64,000 nucleotides of DNA, taken from Gracilinanus agilis. Taxonomy: Eukaryota. This document shows, piece after piece, positions 12,090-24,540 of the stretch. A model generated the notes under the pieces. The model did not search any database. It had not been told where the DNA came from and worked only from the letters and a program-made list of their open reading frames with translations. Location: positions 74,878,155 through 74,942,154 of the forward strand of contig NC_058133.1 of assembly GCF_016433145.1 (NCBI RefSeq), given 5' to 3'. Position numbers and translations under genes: made by a program. Every line of letters begins with the position of its first letter. Position 1 is the stretch's first letter.

Positions 12090-13218
12090 TGTCTGTAGTG
12101 ATTGAGGTGGATTTGGGACAGATTGGCCAGATCTAAAGAAGAGTCATTGGGATACACTGTGGCACAATCGAATGTAATGGACTTCTCTACTAGCATCAAT
12201 GCAATGATCCAGGACAATTCTGAGGGATTTATGAGAAAGAATGCTATCCACATCCAGAGAAAGAACTGTGGGAGCAGAAACACAGAAGAAAAACAACTGC
12301 TTGATCACATGGGTCGATGGGGACATGATTGGGGATGTAGACTCTAAGCAATCACCCTAATGCAATTATCAATAATATGGAAATAGGTCTTAATCAATGA
12401 TACATGTAAAACCCAGTGGAATTGCTCATTGGCTGTGGGAGGAGTGGAGAGGAAGAACATGAATCATGTAACCATGGAAATTTTTTCTTTAATCAATTAA
12501 ATAAAATTAAAAACAAAAAACCAAAGAAGAGTCATTAATGGCTTGATTAGAGCCTGGAAAAACATCTCCTCTTGTGTGCCCCAGTGATCTGTGCTTGAAA
12601 CTGTCCTATACTTGGTGGATGAAGGTGTTAAAAGAGTTTTCTTAATCTCTCCCTCTGTCTCTTTAAGAGGCAAGGGAGCAGAAAGATTTCTCAGTAAGAG
12701 CCTTTTAACTAACAAGCTTCTGTGTAAAAGTTGGGAAGATCCCTTTACTTAGGAGATGAGGATCTGATATAAGGAGCACCGTTGAGGACTCTTGGAACTC
12801 TTTCTCTGGATTTCTAGAGAGCAAGAGGTCATCTCTCTTTGTCTCAGTCAGACTGGCAGTTTTTACTGTTGAGAGTCTGGATTGAGAAACTGATTTAAGG
12901 AGGTTGGAGGAGATAAAGGTTTATTGGTTAGCTTAGGTAGGCATCGAGGTAGAGAATTTAAATATAGATAGTATAGAGGAGTTAGGTCTGAGTCTGGCTC
13001 AGGCAGAAGAACCTGCCCAAGAAGGCAGTTTGAGTTAGGGTTTCTTAGAAATTTTAGTATAGGATTTGGATTTTAGTCATAGTTGTAAGATAGAGTGATC
13101 ATCTCACTTTCCTACCTCTTATTATTTCCTATCCAAACTTCCCCTTAGAATAAATGTTTGTATCAAATTGCTCTCAGTGCTTTTGTCAAACTCCTACCAA
13201 AAATTTTAACCCTTCACA
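12090..13218 (+). mobile_element. ERV solo LTR, interrupted by an L1 fragment
   Basis: AATAAA near 13149, terminal ttaacccttcaCA at 13218, internal motifs shared with the LTR at 40526-41353; 5' boundary uncertain. Confidence 0.65.
12149..12522 (+). mobile_element. 5'-truncated opossum L1 (3' UTR) with 14-bp TSD
   Basis: TSD aaagaagagtcatt at 12135-12148 and 12523-12536; A-rich tail; typical L1 3' UTR (gtaaaacccagtggaattgc). Confidence 0.9.
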
Positions 13219-13224
13219 AAGGGG

Positions 13225-13990
13225 TAAATGACATATATGCCAAATAGACTGTTGACCCACATTTAGGAAACATAGCTAACATAATGTATGATGGGACAAA
13301 AAACAACAACAACAAAAAACCTAACAGAATAGAACAATGGGAAAGATCTAATAAGATTTAGGAGCAATGATGTAATAACATTTTAGTAGAAATTCAATCT
13401 AATGACTTAATAGTCTTGCATTTGGGTTAAAAAAAAATCCAAACCAACTTTACCAGTAGAACATGGCATGCAAGACATAGCTATGCTCAGTATGGATCAG
13501 CAGTATGATATGGTAGCCAAAAATCCAGTACTAACTTAGTCTACAGCAGGAAAAACAGTGTCCAGGATTTGAGGGATGAGAGTAATACTGTATTCTGTCT
13601 TAGTCAAACAACACCTGGACTGATTCAGTTCTTGGCACTATGTTTTAGGAAGGATTTTAACAAACTGGAGTGTATCCAGAAGAGAATGATCAAGGTGGCT
13701 AAGGGCTTTGAGCCCATGCTATATGATGCTTGGTTCAAGGAACTAGGAATATTTAGCCTGGAGATGAGAATTCTTGGGGAAAACATTCTCAGTCTCAATG
13801 ATGTCAGAGAAAGATTAGATTTTTTATGTCTGCCCACAGTGGATAGAAATGGAAGCAATGGATAGAAAAGTTGACTTCAGTTTAAATCAAAGAAAAACTT
13901 CCTCACAATTAGACCTATACAAAGGTGGAATGAACTACCTCAATAAGTTTCGACAATTCTTGCTTTATGTAAGTAGATTGCAGACCACTA
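13225..13990 (+). mobile_element. L3/CR1 LINE 3' fragment
   Basis: ORF 13569 contains QFLALCFRKDFNKLECIQKRMIKVAKG..KELGIFSLE, the CR1 RT C-terminal motif. Confidence 0.85.
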
Positions 13991-14002
13991 TATAAAGCAA
14001 TT

Positions 14003-14257
14003 ATTTTATGTAAATTGAATTTGCCCACAGGTTTGGAGAAAGGAGGGAGGGGGCTGTCACACAGTTCAAGGATATGTGGAGGCCATGGACAGAGAAGCAA
14101 GAGCAGGAGGGAGGACATATAGGGGCCAGGGACAGGGCCAGCCACCTGGGGGCCTGGCCAGAACCAAGAAGAAGGATATGTGGGAGGTAGACACTCCGAG
14201 ACCAGATGGACATAGACTGGAGAGAACAGGTGACATGGGCTAGGGGGCGGACACATG
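14003..14257 (-). repeat. Unclassified interspersed repeat, copy B
   Basis: Homologous to 11773-12042 in inverted orientation. Confidence 0.6.
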
Positions 14258-14344
14258 GTACCTGAGTAGAAGGTCAGAAGACAGCCATGCTGGGACCAGA
14301 CACAGAAGTGGGTGCTACTAAATCTTCTGCAATCCTGACAGTGT

Positions 14345-14934
14345 TTCCATGATACTTGAATTGTCCTTTCTGGCTGCTCATAATATTTTCTCCTTGACCT
14401 GGAAGCTCTGGAATTTGGCTGTAGCATAGCTGAGAGTTTTCATTTTGGTGTGTCTTTTACAATGTAAACAGTGGATTCTTTCAATTTGTATTTTATCCTC
14501 TGGATCTAATATACCAGGGAAGTTTTCCCTTATAATTTTTTCAAAGATAAGTCTCTTTTTTTTTTTATCATGGCTTTCAGGTAGTCCAGTAATTCTTAAA
14601 TTATTTCTCCTTCCATTTTCCAGTTAGTTGTTTTCCAATGTTCTTCTCTTTTTTCATTCTTTTGATTTTGATTTATTGTAACTTGAAGTCTTATGGAGTC
14701 ATTAATTTCCATTTGTCCAATTCTAATTTTTAAGAAGTTATTTTCTTCAGTGAACTTTTATCTCTTTTTATATTTGACCAATTCTGCTTTTTTAGACTGT
14801 CTTTTCTTAGTGAATTTTTGTACCTCTTTTTACCAGTAGGTCAATTCTGTTTTTTAAGATAATATTCTCTTTTCTTTCTTTTTGAAATCTGTTTCCCCCA
14901 AATATTCTATTTGTTTCATTAAATATTTTCCAGT
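14345..14934 (-). mobile_element. Old L1 fragment (ORF1-like region)
   Basis: ttgaattgtcctttctggctgc...ttattttcttcagtgaacttt T-rich pattern typical of antisense marsupial L1 ORF1. Confidence 0.7.
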
Positions 14935-14943
14935 CACGTGTAA

Positions 14944-15353
14944 TTTTTTTAACCATTTATTAATATTCATTTTTAACATGGTTACATGATTCATGCTCCT
15001 ACTTTCCCCTTCACCCCCCGCACTCCCCCACCCATGGCCAATGCACATTTCCACTGGTTTAACATGCGTCATTGATCAAGACCTATTTCCAAATTGTTGA
15101 TAATTGCATTGGTGTGGTAGTTTCGAGTCCACATCCCCAATCCTGTCCACCTCAACCCATGTGTTCAAGCAGTTGTTTTTCTTCTATGTTTCCTCTCCTG
15201 CAGTTCTTCCTCTGAATGTAGGTAGCGTTCTTTACCATAAATCCCTCAGAGCTGTCCTGTGTCATTGCATTGCTGCTGGTACAGAAGTCCATTACATTCG
15301 ATTTTACCATAGTATATCAGTCTCTGTGTACAATGTTCTTCTGGCTCTGCTCC
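14944..15353 (-). mobile_element. 5'-truncated opossum L1 (3' UTR), same subfamily as 12149-12522
   Basis: Flanked by cacgtgtaa (14935) and cacatgtaa (15354); poly-T at the left end. Confidence 0.88.
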
Positions 15354-16859
15354 CACATGTAAATTTTTTAAACATTTTAATATAAATGATTAAATTTTTT
15401 TTGAGTTCTAAATTCTCTCCTTCCCCCCTCCCTACTTCCTTCTCCTTGAGAAGGCAAGCAATTTGATATAGATTGTGTGATATTCTTCTCAGTATTTTTT
15501 GTGCCTTTTTTATCAAACTATTAATCCTTTTCATAATTTCCTTGCATTACTCTTATTTCTTTGTAATCCCACCTTAGCGCCGTGCTTGGCACAGAGAATG
15601 CACTAAATAAATGCTTTAGTATTAAATGAGGCTACAAGGCAGCACATTGTGAAGTACCAGAGACATAGCAAGTGCTCCAGAAAGGGAAAGAAGATTGAGC
15701 TTTCAGCCAGAATAGTAAAGGCTTCATAGAAGGGCTGGGACTTGAGCTGAGCTTTGCAGAACAGGTTGGATTCCTCAACTTTTCTTAGCTGCTTGCCAGG
15801 CTAAGTAAATGGTCCTGAGACAATGGATCAGTCATTTGTTTTGGAGTTTGAAGTAATTTTGCATATGAAAAAAGAGCAGAGTGGTTACTACAGACTATTA
15901 CTTATTAAATACTTATTTTTCTGTTCTTCCAAATAGATTTTTTTTTGTTTTTTTAGATAAGTACAACTTTGAATCTTCCCCTGCTGGCCCCTATGAAATA
16001 TTGTAGTACATTTACTGCTATCATCTTTCTGTACCATCCATAATCCTCCATTATTCCCCTCTGTGTTTGGTTTTTGGTTATTTATATTTTTAACATGAAA
16101 ATTTAATTACATATAAAAACAATGTGAAAATTTAATATGAAAATTTAATTACATATAAAAACAATTTTTACTTTTGTTTTTAAAAATATCATTTTTTTTT
16201 ACCTTTGGAAAAAAAAGAACATAATTGTCTCTCTCCTATCTCCTATAGGTTAATAGTGGAGGGGATGGGAATAAGGAAGTGGAAGAAAGTGAAAATGTGC
16301 TTTTTCTGATGCTTTCTGGGGGCCCTGCTTGTGCTTTTCAATTCTGCTGCTGTCAAGCTCCATTAGGAGATTTAGGCATCATCCTGCTACCTCTGAGGCC
16401 TGGCCTCCTGCTAGCCCCAGCTGAAATGAGGCCAGCATCAGGGCTCTGTAACCAGGAAAATTGATACAGAGACGTGAAAGCAGTCCTGGTGCACCTCATT
16501 GTCCTCTGGAGCTATCCCCCTTTCATCTCAGACAGGGTCCTTACCCTCCCCACATCCATCCTTCTCTGTCATTAGGCTGTTTATTGGGTTGTAGTGTTTA
16601 TAGGTATCACAGAATTTGCATTTGTGGCAGTGTTAAATATATGTTGCTAGATGACTAAGGCTTAGCCTCTGGCATGGCTTTGTTCCAACGCTCAGTAGAA
16701 AAGACTTGAAAAATCACCATCTTGCAAATGAAATGGAAAAATGTTGAAATACCTACTATGGGACAATTATTGTATTAATAAGTGGAGATACAAATAGGAA
16801 ACGAAACTGTCCCCTGATTTGAGGAGCTTACATTGTAATTGTAAGAGACAACACCTAGA

Positions 16860-17111
16860 GAGAGCTGGTGGTTCCGATCACTAGAGAGTCAAGGTGGGGA
16901 GTCGGGAAGACCTGGGTCCAAATCCAGCCTTAGACACTGACTAGCTGTGTGACCCTGGGCAAGTTGCTTAACTTCTGGCTGCCTGACAAAAGGATCCACT
17001 GAAGAAGGAAATGGCAGACTATACCAATATCCTTGCCAAGAAGACCCCTTGAATTGCTATGGTCCATGGCATCATGAAGATTTGGACATGACTGAATGAT
17101 TGAACAACAAA
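16860..17111 (+). mobile_element. MAR1-like CORE-RTE SINE
   Basis: CORE plus gaaggaaatggcagactatacc...gactgaatgattgaacaacaa. Confidence 0.85.
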
Positions 17112-17591
17112 ATTGTGAAGCAAATAAATGAGAATATGTTACTAGTCATTTTTTGGTGTCTTCAAGGAGAATAATTAGCAAGATCATGAATTGTGTTTCA
17201 TTTTCTCTTTCTATTTCCAAAGCTAATAGTTTAAATAAGGAACTCAGCTGTGATAAGATCTATTAGAGCTTAACATTTTATGAGGCAATCCTAGTTGTCT
17301 GATATCATGTCCAGGTCATGTGAAATTAAAATAAGTTTGAAAATTTTAGTTCAGTAAATATAGGATATTATGCTAAAACTAAATATACTTTTATTTATTA
17401 TTCTCAGTAATTAACCCAAAAGAGGTACCATGCATAGTGGATGGAGTTCTTAGGGCAAAGTTTGACAAATACTATCTGCGTAACCCTAGGTAAGTTCCTT
17501 AACCTCTTAATGTCTCCAAATGGTCTTAAACAATAAATTGCAGAATGAGTAAAGAGCATTTCCTTACTGGGAGCTCTCTAGACCAATGAAG

Positions 17592-17732
17592 NNNNNNNNN
17601 NNNNNNNNNNNNNNNNNNNNNNNNNNNNNNNNNNNNNNNNNNNNNNNNNNNNNNNNNNNNNNNNNNNNNNNNNNNNNNNNNNNNNNNNNNNNNNNNNNNN
17701 NNNNNNNNNNNNNNNNNNNNNNNNNNNNNNNN
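17592..17732. other. Assembly gap (N run)
   Basis: 141 Ns, followed by (tgga)-like microsatellite sequence. Confidence 0.99.
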
Positions 17733-17984
17733 ATTGGTTGGATGGATGGCTGGAAGGATAGCCTTAGCAACATAAGCTAAAACAGAAACTCACTTTGTGA
17801 ATGTGATGGTTTTGACAAATTTGCTATTATTCTCTGACATTTGCTAATGCAATTTTGTATAGTTGCATATCTTAGGACACTCAATCTCCAAACAAAGTTG
17901 CCAATGACTCAAAGGCTCTTTCTCTCTTGCTCTTAGTCTCTTCTGGTCTGAGGAGCACATGACATTGTGGGCATTGGTATAAAG

Positions 17985-18597
17985 GTGGACAAGTCTAAGA
18001 ACTGTACCTCCCACAACCATTCCCACATATTGCACCAAAATGGAATCAAGAAACCCAGGTCACAGAGATACAAGTCTCCTAAAGGAAATGACCCCAAGTT
18101 TCTGAGAACCACAAGCTTTGCTTAAAAGCATAATAAGCAAGTATTGTTGAAGATCCAAAGCAACAATACTAAAACCATCCATCCCCAAGCAGAGGCCCTT
18201 AATACTCAAGTCCACAAGTCTAAGTTCCTCAGATCCCAAATCACTAAGCTGCCAGGCCCCAAGGCCGCCATTAAATGCACTGACCCCAAGACTGTTGCCC
18301 AATACACAGACTCCAAGGTTGACATTAACTGTCGAGGCTCCAAGAAGCTGGTTTTTAATATTTCAAAGCCCATCACACCAAAGATTACTAAGCCTACTGT
18401 CCCCAAGGTCAGCAAGTCTAAATTCAAGGTCATCAAGTCTGACTCTTAATGTCCACAAGCCTAGTGATTCCAAGGCTGCTAAACCCACTGACCTCAAAGC
18501 TGTGGAGCCCACCAATCCTGAGTGAGCCAAATCCAAAACCAACAATACAAAGGCCCCTGGGGCAAAGACTACTATTAATCCATAACCTTCAAAGTAG
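17985..18597 (+). pseudogene. RPL29: Processed pseudogene of 60S ribosomal protein L29
   Basis: GTG GAC AAG TCT AAG AAC... reads (V)[49 protein letters not shown], collinear with RPL29 [51 protein letters not shown]. Start codon lost, stop at 18123-18125, frameshift near 18450, probable original stop TAG 18595-18597; no introns. Confidence 0.93.
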
Positions 18598-18779
18598 ACA
18601 CTTCAGGACAGAAAGACTTGATAAACTACTAAACCTTAGTTTTTGTCAGCCAGGTTGGTGAGTAACAAGAAAAAAAAAGCAAGCAGGGAATAAACAGGCT
18701 ACAGCAGATTTTCAACAATAATCTTCATACAAGAAGCATAAAGAGATTGAGGAAATGCATATTTGGGGGAAAAGATGGG

Positions 18780-19900
18780 TCAGTCAGTCAAGAATTCATT
18801 AGGTGTATACAAGGTTAAGCACCAGGACCACAAAGAAAGGCAAAAACATGGTTCTTTGGCCTCTAGGAGCTCACATTCTAAAGGGGGAATAAACAATACA
18901 ATGCACATTCAAGAGATAGCCCCTATAAATAGTGGGTAATCTCAGAGGAAGTTCCTAAACTGCTAGGCTAGCAGAGGCAGGAGAGGGGAAGGTGACCCAA
19001 ATGGCTACTGGTAAAAGTTAATATTTGAATGGAGTCTTTTTAAATTTATTTATTTTTGAAAAAAATTTTTTTTTCATGTTTATATGATTCATTTTATTTT
19101 CCTCCCCTCTTAGCTCACCCCTCCTAGAGTTGACAAGCAATTCTACTGTTGTACAAATGTTGTCACTTGATAGTGTTCTTTTTTGCTATGGAGCAATCTT
19201 TTAAAGCCTAAACCCCAAATCATATACCATATATACATGTGATAAGTGATGTCGAATGTTTTGCTTTTGCATTTCTACTCCCATAGTTCTTTCTCTCAAT
19301 GTGGTTAGCATTCTTTTACTTATGTCCTTCAGGAGTGTCCTGGCTTGTTGCATTGCTACTAGTAGCAAAGTCCATTATATTGGATTGTTCCACATTGTTT
19401 TATTTTCTGTGTACAACGTTTTTCTGGTTCTGCTCCTTTCACTCTGCATCAATTCCTGGAGGTCTTTCCAGTTCACATGGAATTCCTCCAGTTCATTATT
19501 CCTTTGAGCACAATAATATTCTATCACCATCAGATACCACAATTTATTCAGCCATTCCCCAGTTGATGGATACCCCCTCGTTTTCCAATTTTTGGCCACC
19601 ACAAAGAGCGCAGCTATGATTATTTTTGCACAAGTCTTTTTCCTTATTATCTCTTTGGGTACAAACCTAGCAGTGGTATGGCTGGATCAAAGGGTATGCA
19701 TTGAATGGAGTCTTGAAAGAGGACCGGGAAGCCAGGAGGCATAGTTGAGGAAGGAGAGCATTCCAGGCATGAGGTATATCCAAGTGAAGTCATAGAATCA
19801 GAGTATGGAGTGTCATGTTTGAGGAACAGCAGGGTATATGGAAATCTGTAAGGAATAAGAGTACTGGGGACGAAGGACAGAGCTAGGTAGCTATTCATCT
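18780..19900 (-). mobile_element. L2 LINE fragment split by an L1 insertion
   Basis: cagtcagtcaagaattcattagg L2 3' end; sequence resumes after 19714 (gagagcattccaggcatgagg). Confidence 0.7.
19039..19700 (-). mobile_element. 5'-truncated L1 with 14-bp TSD
   Basis: TSD ttgaatggagtctt at 19025-19038 and 19701-19714; ORF 19375-19602 (-) VAKNWKTRGYPSTGEWLNKLWY..EYYCA is the L1 ORF2 C-terminus. Confidence 0.93.
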
Positions 19901-20467
19901 CATATTTATTACTTGGCACAAGTCTTTCTATCAAGTGACTCATTGGTGCCGGGTGAGGTGAAGATAAGGAAGCTTACTCCTTTTCCCCTCTTACCCAGGA
20001 CTCCACCGTAGAATCAGAATAATCCATCCTCATTCCCTATCTTCTTCACATTTCCACTGCATTCTCTTGCCCTCTCCTCTACTGTGCTGTGGGGAAATTG
20101 CTGGATTTAGAGTTTGGAGAAAATTCTAGATCTGCCACTCATTTCCTGATTGTGTGATTTTAGTAAATTATTTCTTTCTGGTCCTTCATTTCTTTGCTTG
20201 TAAAATGAGGGTTGGAGATGACATCTAATATCCTTTTTAGCTCCAAATCTATGACACGATGATCCTGAATCCCTTCCTCTCACATTCTTTTCATCTTCTG
20301 TTGTTCTCTGAAACCAGGCTTCCTTCTGAAGATAGATCTCCTTTTCAGGACCAGCTTCTGGAAGGTCATTGTTTGAAAACATGGCATAGCCTCCTTGCTT
20401 CCCAGAGCTACTTTTCAGACCTCTCTGCCACTATTACTCAGCAACCACCTTTACAGTTTACCTTGAT

Positions 20468-20670
20468 GGGAGGCTAGGTGGCTCAGTGGATAGAGGGCCA
20501 ATCTAGAGACATGAGATCCTGGGTTCAAATATGGCCTCAGACACTTCCTAGCTGACCCTGGGCAAGTCACTCAACCTCAATTGCCTCACTCATAACATAC
20601 TTCTTCCTTGGAACCACTACTTGGTATTGATTCCAAGATGGAAGGTAAAGGCTTTAAAAAAAGAAAAGAA
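20468..20670 (+). mobile_element. Opossum SINE1 copy
   Basis: Head gggaggctaggtggctcagtggatag, tail gaaggtaaaggctttaaaaaaag. Confidence 0.88.
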
Positions 20671-20802
20671 AGATAGGTTACCTTCTCTCTCCAGATCTTT
20701 GTTGCTATCATCTATAAGCCTTCAAATCACTCTCTATCTTCCCCAACAAAAACTGATTTATGGCCACCAAACCCAGCCTACCTTCAAGAATAATTGATTC
20801 TT

Positions 20803-21101
20803 TGTTATTGGACATTTTGGAGTCCTTGAACTACATTTCCCATGAGCCCACTGGCTTCCCGTCTTGTGTAATGACGTAGACAGTTACATGATGATGTAGA
20901 CAGGAGGATAAACTTGAAGGGCTGGTCTTCTTCACTCTCTTTGCTCCCAATCCACATTGGAGGCAGCAGGTAACAGCAGACTTTTTAAATTGACTAAGCC
21001 AGAATGGCACATGGCTTTATTTTCTAGAGATTATTAATAAATCTTTAAAAACCTTTAATAATTTTTAAGCTATCCTTCTTATATTAATTTTATTTCTTAC
21101 A
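20803..21101 (+). mobile_element. Probable short solo LTR
   Basis: TG...CA ends (tgttattgg...tttcttaca), AATAAA near 21037, gaactacatttcccatga motif; TSD not clean. Confidence 0.45.
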
Positions 21102-22071
21102 ATTCCCAATTCTTTAGCTTGTGTTCAATATCCATAGCCTCTGTTTCCAGTTTCCTTCAACCACCCCCAGGAGTTTCCTTATAAATCCCCACTCACCAAA
21201 TTGAATTTGTCTCAGGATTCCAAGTGATATCTCCACAGATCACAACCAACCCATAACTTAGAAATTAAATCTCAGAGTCACCTGAGGTTCACAGAGGTTA
21301 AGTGTTTGGTTCATGATTACATAGCCAGTAAGAGTTAGAGAAAGGATTTGAACCCGTGTTTCTCTGATGACCAAGTCAGCACTCCATTCAGTCCACCACA
21401 CAGATTCTTTTACAAGAACTGAGGTGTATAAATTCAGTGCCAGAGAATACAGAGAGATACTGAGAGGCAGATTGTATTTCCAACCTCCAGTGCAGAATAC
21501 TAAAAAGTCATCATGAACTCAACACTTTAGCACCAACTATAAAACAGTTATTTATCATGTTCTTTTTATCTTCCACCTTTGATCTCAAGGCTGTCTTTGC
21601 CAGGCAGGTAGAATGATGGCAATCTTAAGGGATAAGTGCTCATATAGTGATTCTCAAAAAGATGTTCTACAAGGGGATCAAGGGAAGGGATGTATGCCAG
21701 TAGTATGAGTGGAGAATAAATGAGGAGTCGGATGCCCGATAGTAATTATAATTGGTTCTGAATTATAGTCATTTGAAATCCAATGAAAAGAAATAATGCT
21801 GTACTCTCAAGTAATGAAATCTTGGGGGAGGGGGTGGCTCTGCTGCCAAGCTCTTGTCTCTAGGCAGGGAAGAGTGACTTTTATTTCATTCCCATTAGGA
21901 AAATTGTAAAAGAGAGGAAACCACCATAGAAATTATCTAAAGAATTGAAAGTGACATTCAAAAATATAAGTATTATTTCTTCCTAAAAAAAATTCTAATG
22001 TGAAATGTAAAATTTTAAACCTCCAGAATTGACAAGCGACCCTTATATCCAGAGATACCTACAACTAAAGT

Positions 22072-22325
22072 GGGGCAGCTAAGTGCTATAGTGGATAGAT
22101 CGTCAGGCTTGGGGTCAGGAAGACTCATCTTCCTGAGTTCAAACCTGGCCTCAGACACTTACTCGATATGTGACTGGGCAAGTCATGTAACCCTGTTGTC
22201 CTCAGTTTCCTCATCTGTAAAATGATCTAGAGAAGAAAATTTAATATTAATTCAGTAACTCTGCCAAGAAGACCTCAAATGGAATCACAAAAAGTAAGAT
22301 ACAGTGGAAAACAATGGAATAACAA
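22072..22325 (+). mobile_element. MAR1-like CORE-RTE SINE
   Basis: ggggcagctaagtg head, CORE, RTE-type tail gccaagaagacctcaaatggaatc. Confidence 0.82.
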
Positions 22326-22985
22326 ACTGATAAAGTAAGTTTTCTCCATCTAGTTCCTACAAAGAAGATAAGGAAGTTTGGGGAATTATGAGCATAGAGT
22401 TAAAGAATGCCAAGACATAGGGAAATAAATATCTTAGGATCAAAGAAAGTGGCAGAATTAATTTACAGCAGAGTGGAGACCTCTGGGTCAGACATGTGTT
22501 AAAGAAGGAAAAAGGAAAGGCTGTGTGCAAGCTACAACCCTTGGCAGGCATAGTCTACTACTGTTCTGCAATGTCCAGGGTGATGTGGGACTGGCTCCTC
22601 AGAGTCACTGAGTGCAGCCTGTGAGTGAACAAGACTCCCTTCCTTGCTCATATTCCGCCTCTGCTGGAATATTTCCTCATTATTCTAGTTTGTTATTACT
22701 AACATTGATATATGTATAATTAGCCTCCTTCATTTTATAAGAGTTCTAATGACTATTTTCCCCTTATTCCGAGTTAAAGTATACCTTCTTATGATTGTAC
22801 CAAATCAAAAAGTTGGAAGGGACCTGAGGACATTGAGTTCAACCAATACTTGAATAGAAATCTTCTCTTCAACATCCCAAATGAGTATAGCCATCCAGTT
22901 TCTACAAAGCCTCCAGGAATGGGGTACTCTTGACTTTCCAAGGCAGTTCATTCCATTGTCTTTGTCTCTTCTTCAACAAAAAAAT

Positions 22986-23327
22986 TATTTTTGGTGTTAT
23001 TTTTTTTCTTTTTTTTAAATTTTATCTAATTAATTAATTTAGAATATTTTCCCATGGTTCCATGATTCATGTTCTTTCTCTCCCCCAACCCCCATAACCA
23101 GTGTGCAATTCCACTGGGTTTTATGTGTCATTGATCCAGACCTATTTCCATATTATTAATATTTGCAATAGAGTGATTGTTTAGAGTCTACATCCCTGAT
23201 CATATCCCCATCAACTCATGTGATCAAGCAGTTGTTTTTCTTCTGCATTTCTACTCCCACAGTACTTTTTCTGGATGTGGTAGCATTCTTTCTCATAAGT
23301 CTCTCAGAATTGTCCTGGATCATTACA
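22986..23327 (-). mobile_element. 5'-truncated opossum L1 (3' UTR)
   Basis: Third copy of the same 3' UTR; flanking tcaacaaaaa repeats at about 22973 and 23328. Confidence 0.85.
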
Positions 23328-23820
23328 TCAACAAAAATTTTCTACTCGTTTTATTGAGAATTTCTTCCTTTCTGGGAACACATCTCCAGTTTTATAATGG
23401 AAGTCAACAGAAAGATGCACTTTAAAGTCAACTTTACTGGAGTGTACCTATTGCATAAAGTGAGGAGTACTTAGAGAAACCTTTTCCCTTGACCGAATGC
23501 TTTTAAAATGCTTTTTTCAATATAAAAGGGTTGATCTAAAAATAAGCATGTCTTCTTGCTTTTAAAATAATACAAGTGATTCTTTTACTTCTTCTTCTCT
23601 GCCCTCCCCCACCCTCACCACACCCTTCTTGCCTTTTAGAAGGGAGCAAGATGAGCAAGAAATGTGTCCTAGATTGTTTCTGGTTAAAAGGTAAGACGTT
23701 ACATCAAAAGTCTTAGCTCACCCTTCAAAACTAATAAGGGAAACAGAGATATCTTTGCAGGAATAAAGCTAAGACTCTTGATGTAATGTTTTACCCTTTA
23801 ACCAGAAACAGGCAATAAAT

Positions 23821-24008
23821 TTTTTTTAATTTTAAACCCTTAACTTCTGTGTATTGACTTATAGGTGGAAGATTGGTAAGGGTAGGCAATGGGAGTCAAG
23901 TGACTTGCCCAGGGTCACACAGCTGGGAAGTGTCTGAGGCCGGATTTGAACCTAGGACTTCCCATCTCTAGGCCTGGCTCTCAATCCACTGAGCTACCCA
24001 GCTGCCCT
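23821..24008 (-). mobile_element. Young opossum SINE1 copy
   Basis: Near-consensus; TSD caataaat at 23813-23820 and 24009-24016. Confidence 0.93.
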
Positions 24009-24339
24009 CAATAAATATTTTAAGAATAAAAAGATGGACCCAGCTTCTGAATATAATTGCTATGACAATAACAATGATAACTGTTACAGCTACAAGTACG
24101 ACTACGTCTACTATTATTATTATTAATAATTTGTTATTCTTAATATCACTTCATATGTGTGATCTAAAAGGAAATTAGAATGGTCATCTGATTAAAGTGA
24201 AAAATAATTAATTGACAACCTACATAGTCCATTAATTTCTTCATGATATCAAGAGAAATCAAGGAAGATCCCTTGAATGATGGGTGGACCCCACCATGGT
24301 AAACTAATGGAAGAACAGAAATGAGTTGCAGGGGTATGC

Positions 24340-24540
24340 AGGATCCAGTCTCATACCAGTTCCCAGGAGCTGATTGGTAAAATTTCAATGTAAATATTTA
24401 CATCTTGGAAATCACCAAACATTATAAATCAGAGCTTGTTATTGTTTTGTTGATTGTTTAGGCTTAAGAAAGAGAGGAAGAAAATGCTAAAAATGCAAAT
24501 TAAACTTAAAAGTGTGTCGTGCATTTTTTGGAGAGTCAGA
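24340..24540. mobile_element. Ancient DNA-transposon-like repeat (related to 56320-56645)
   Basis: Shared motif ggaaatc...aaatcagagct...ttaagaaag..ggaagaaaatg..aa.aatgca.attaaa.ttaaaagtgtg; family not assignable with certainty. Confidence 0.55.
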
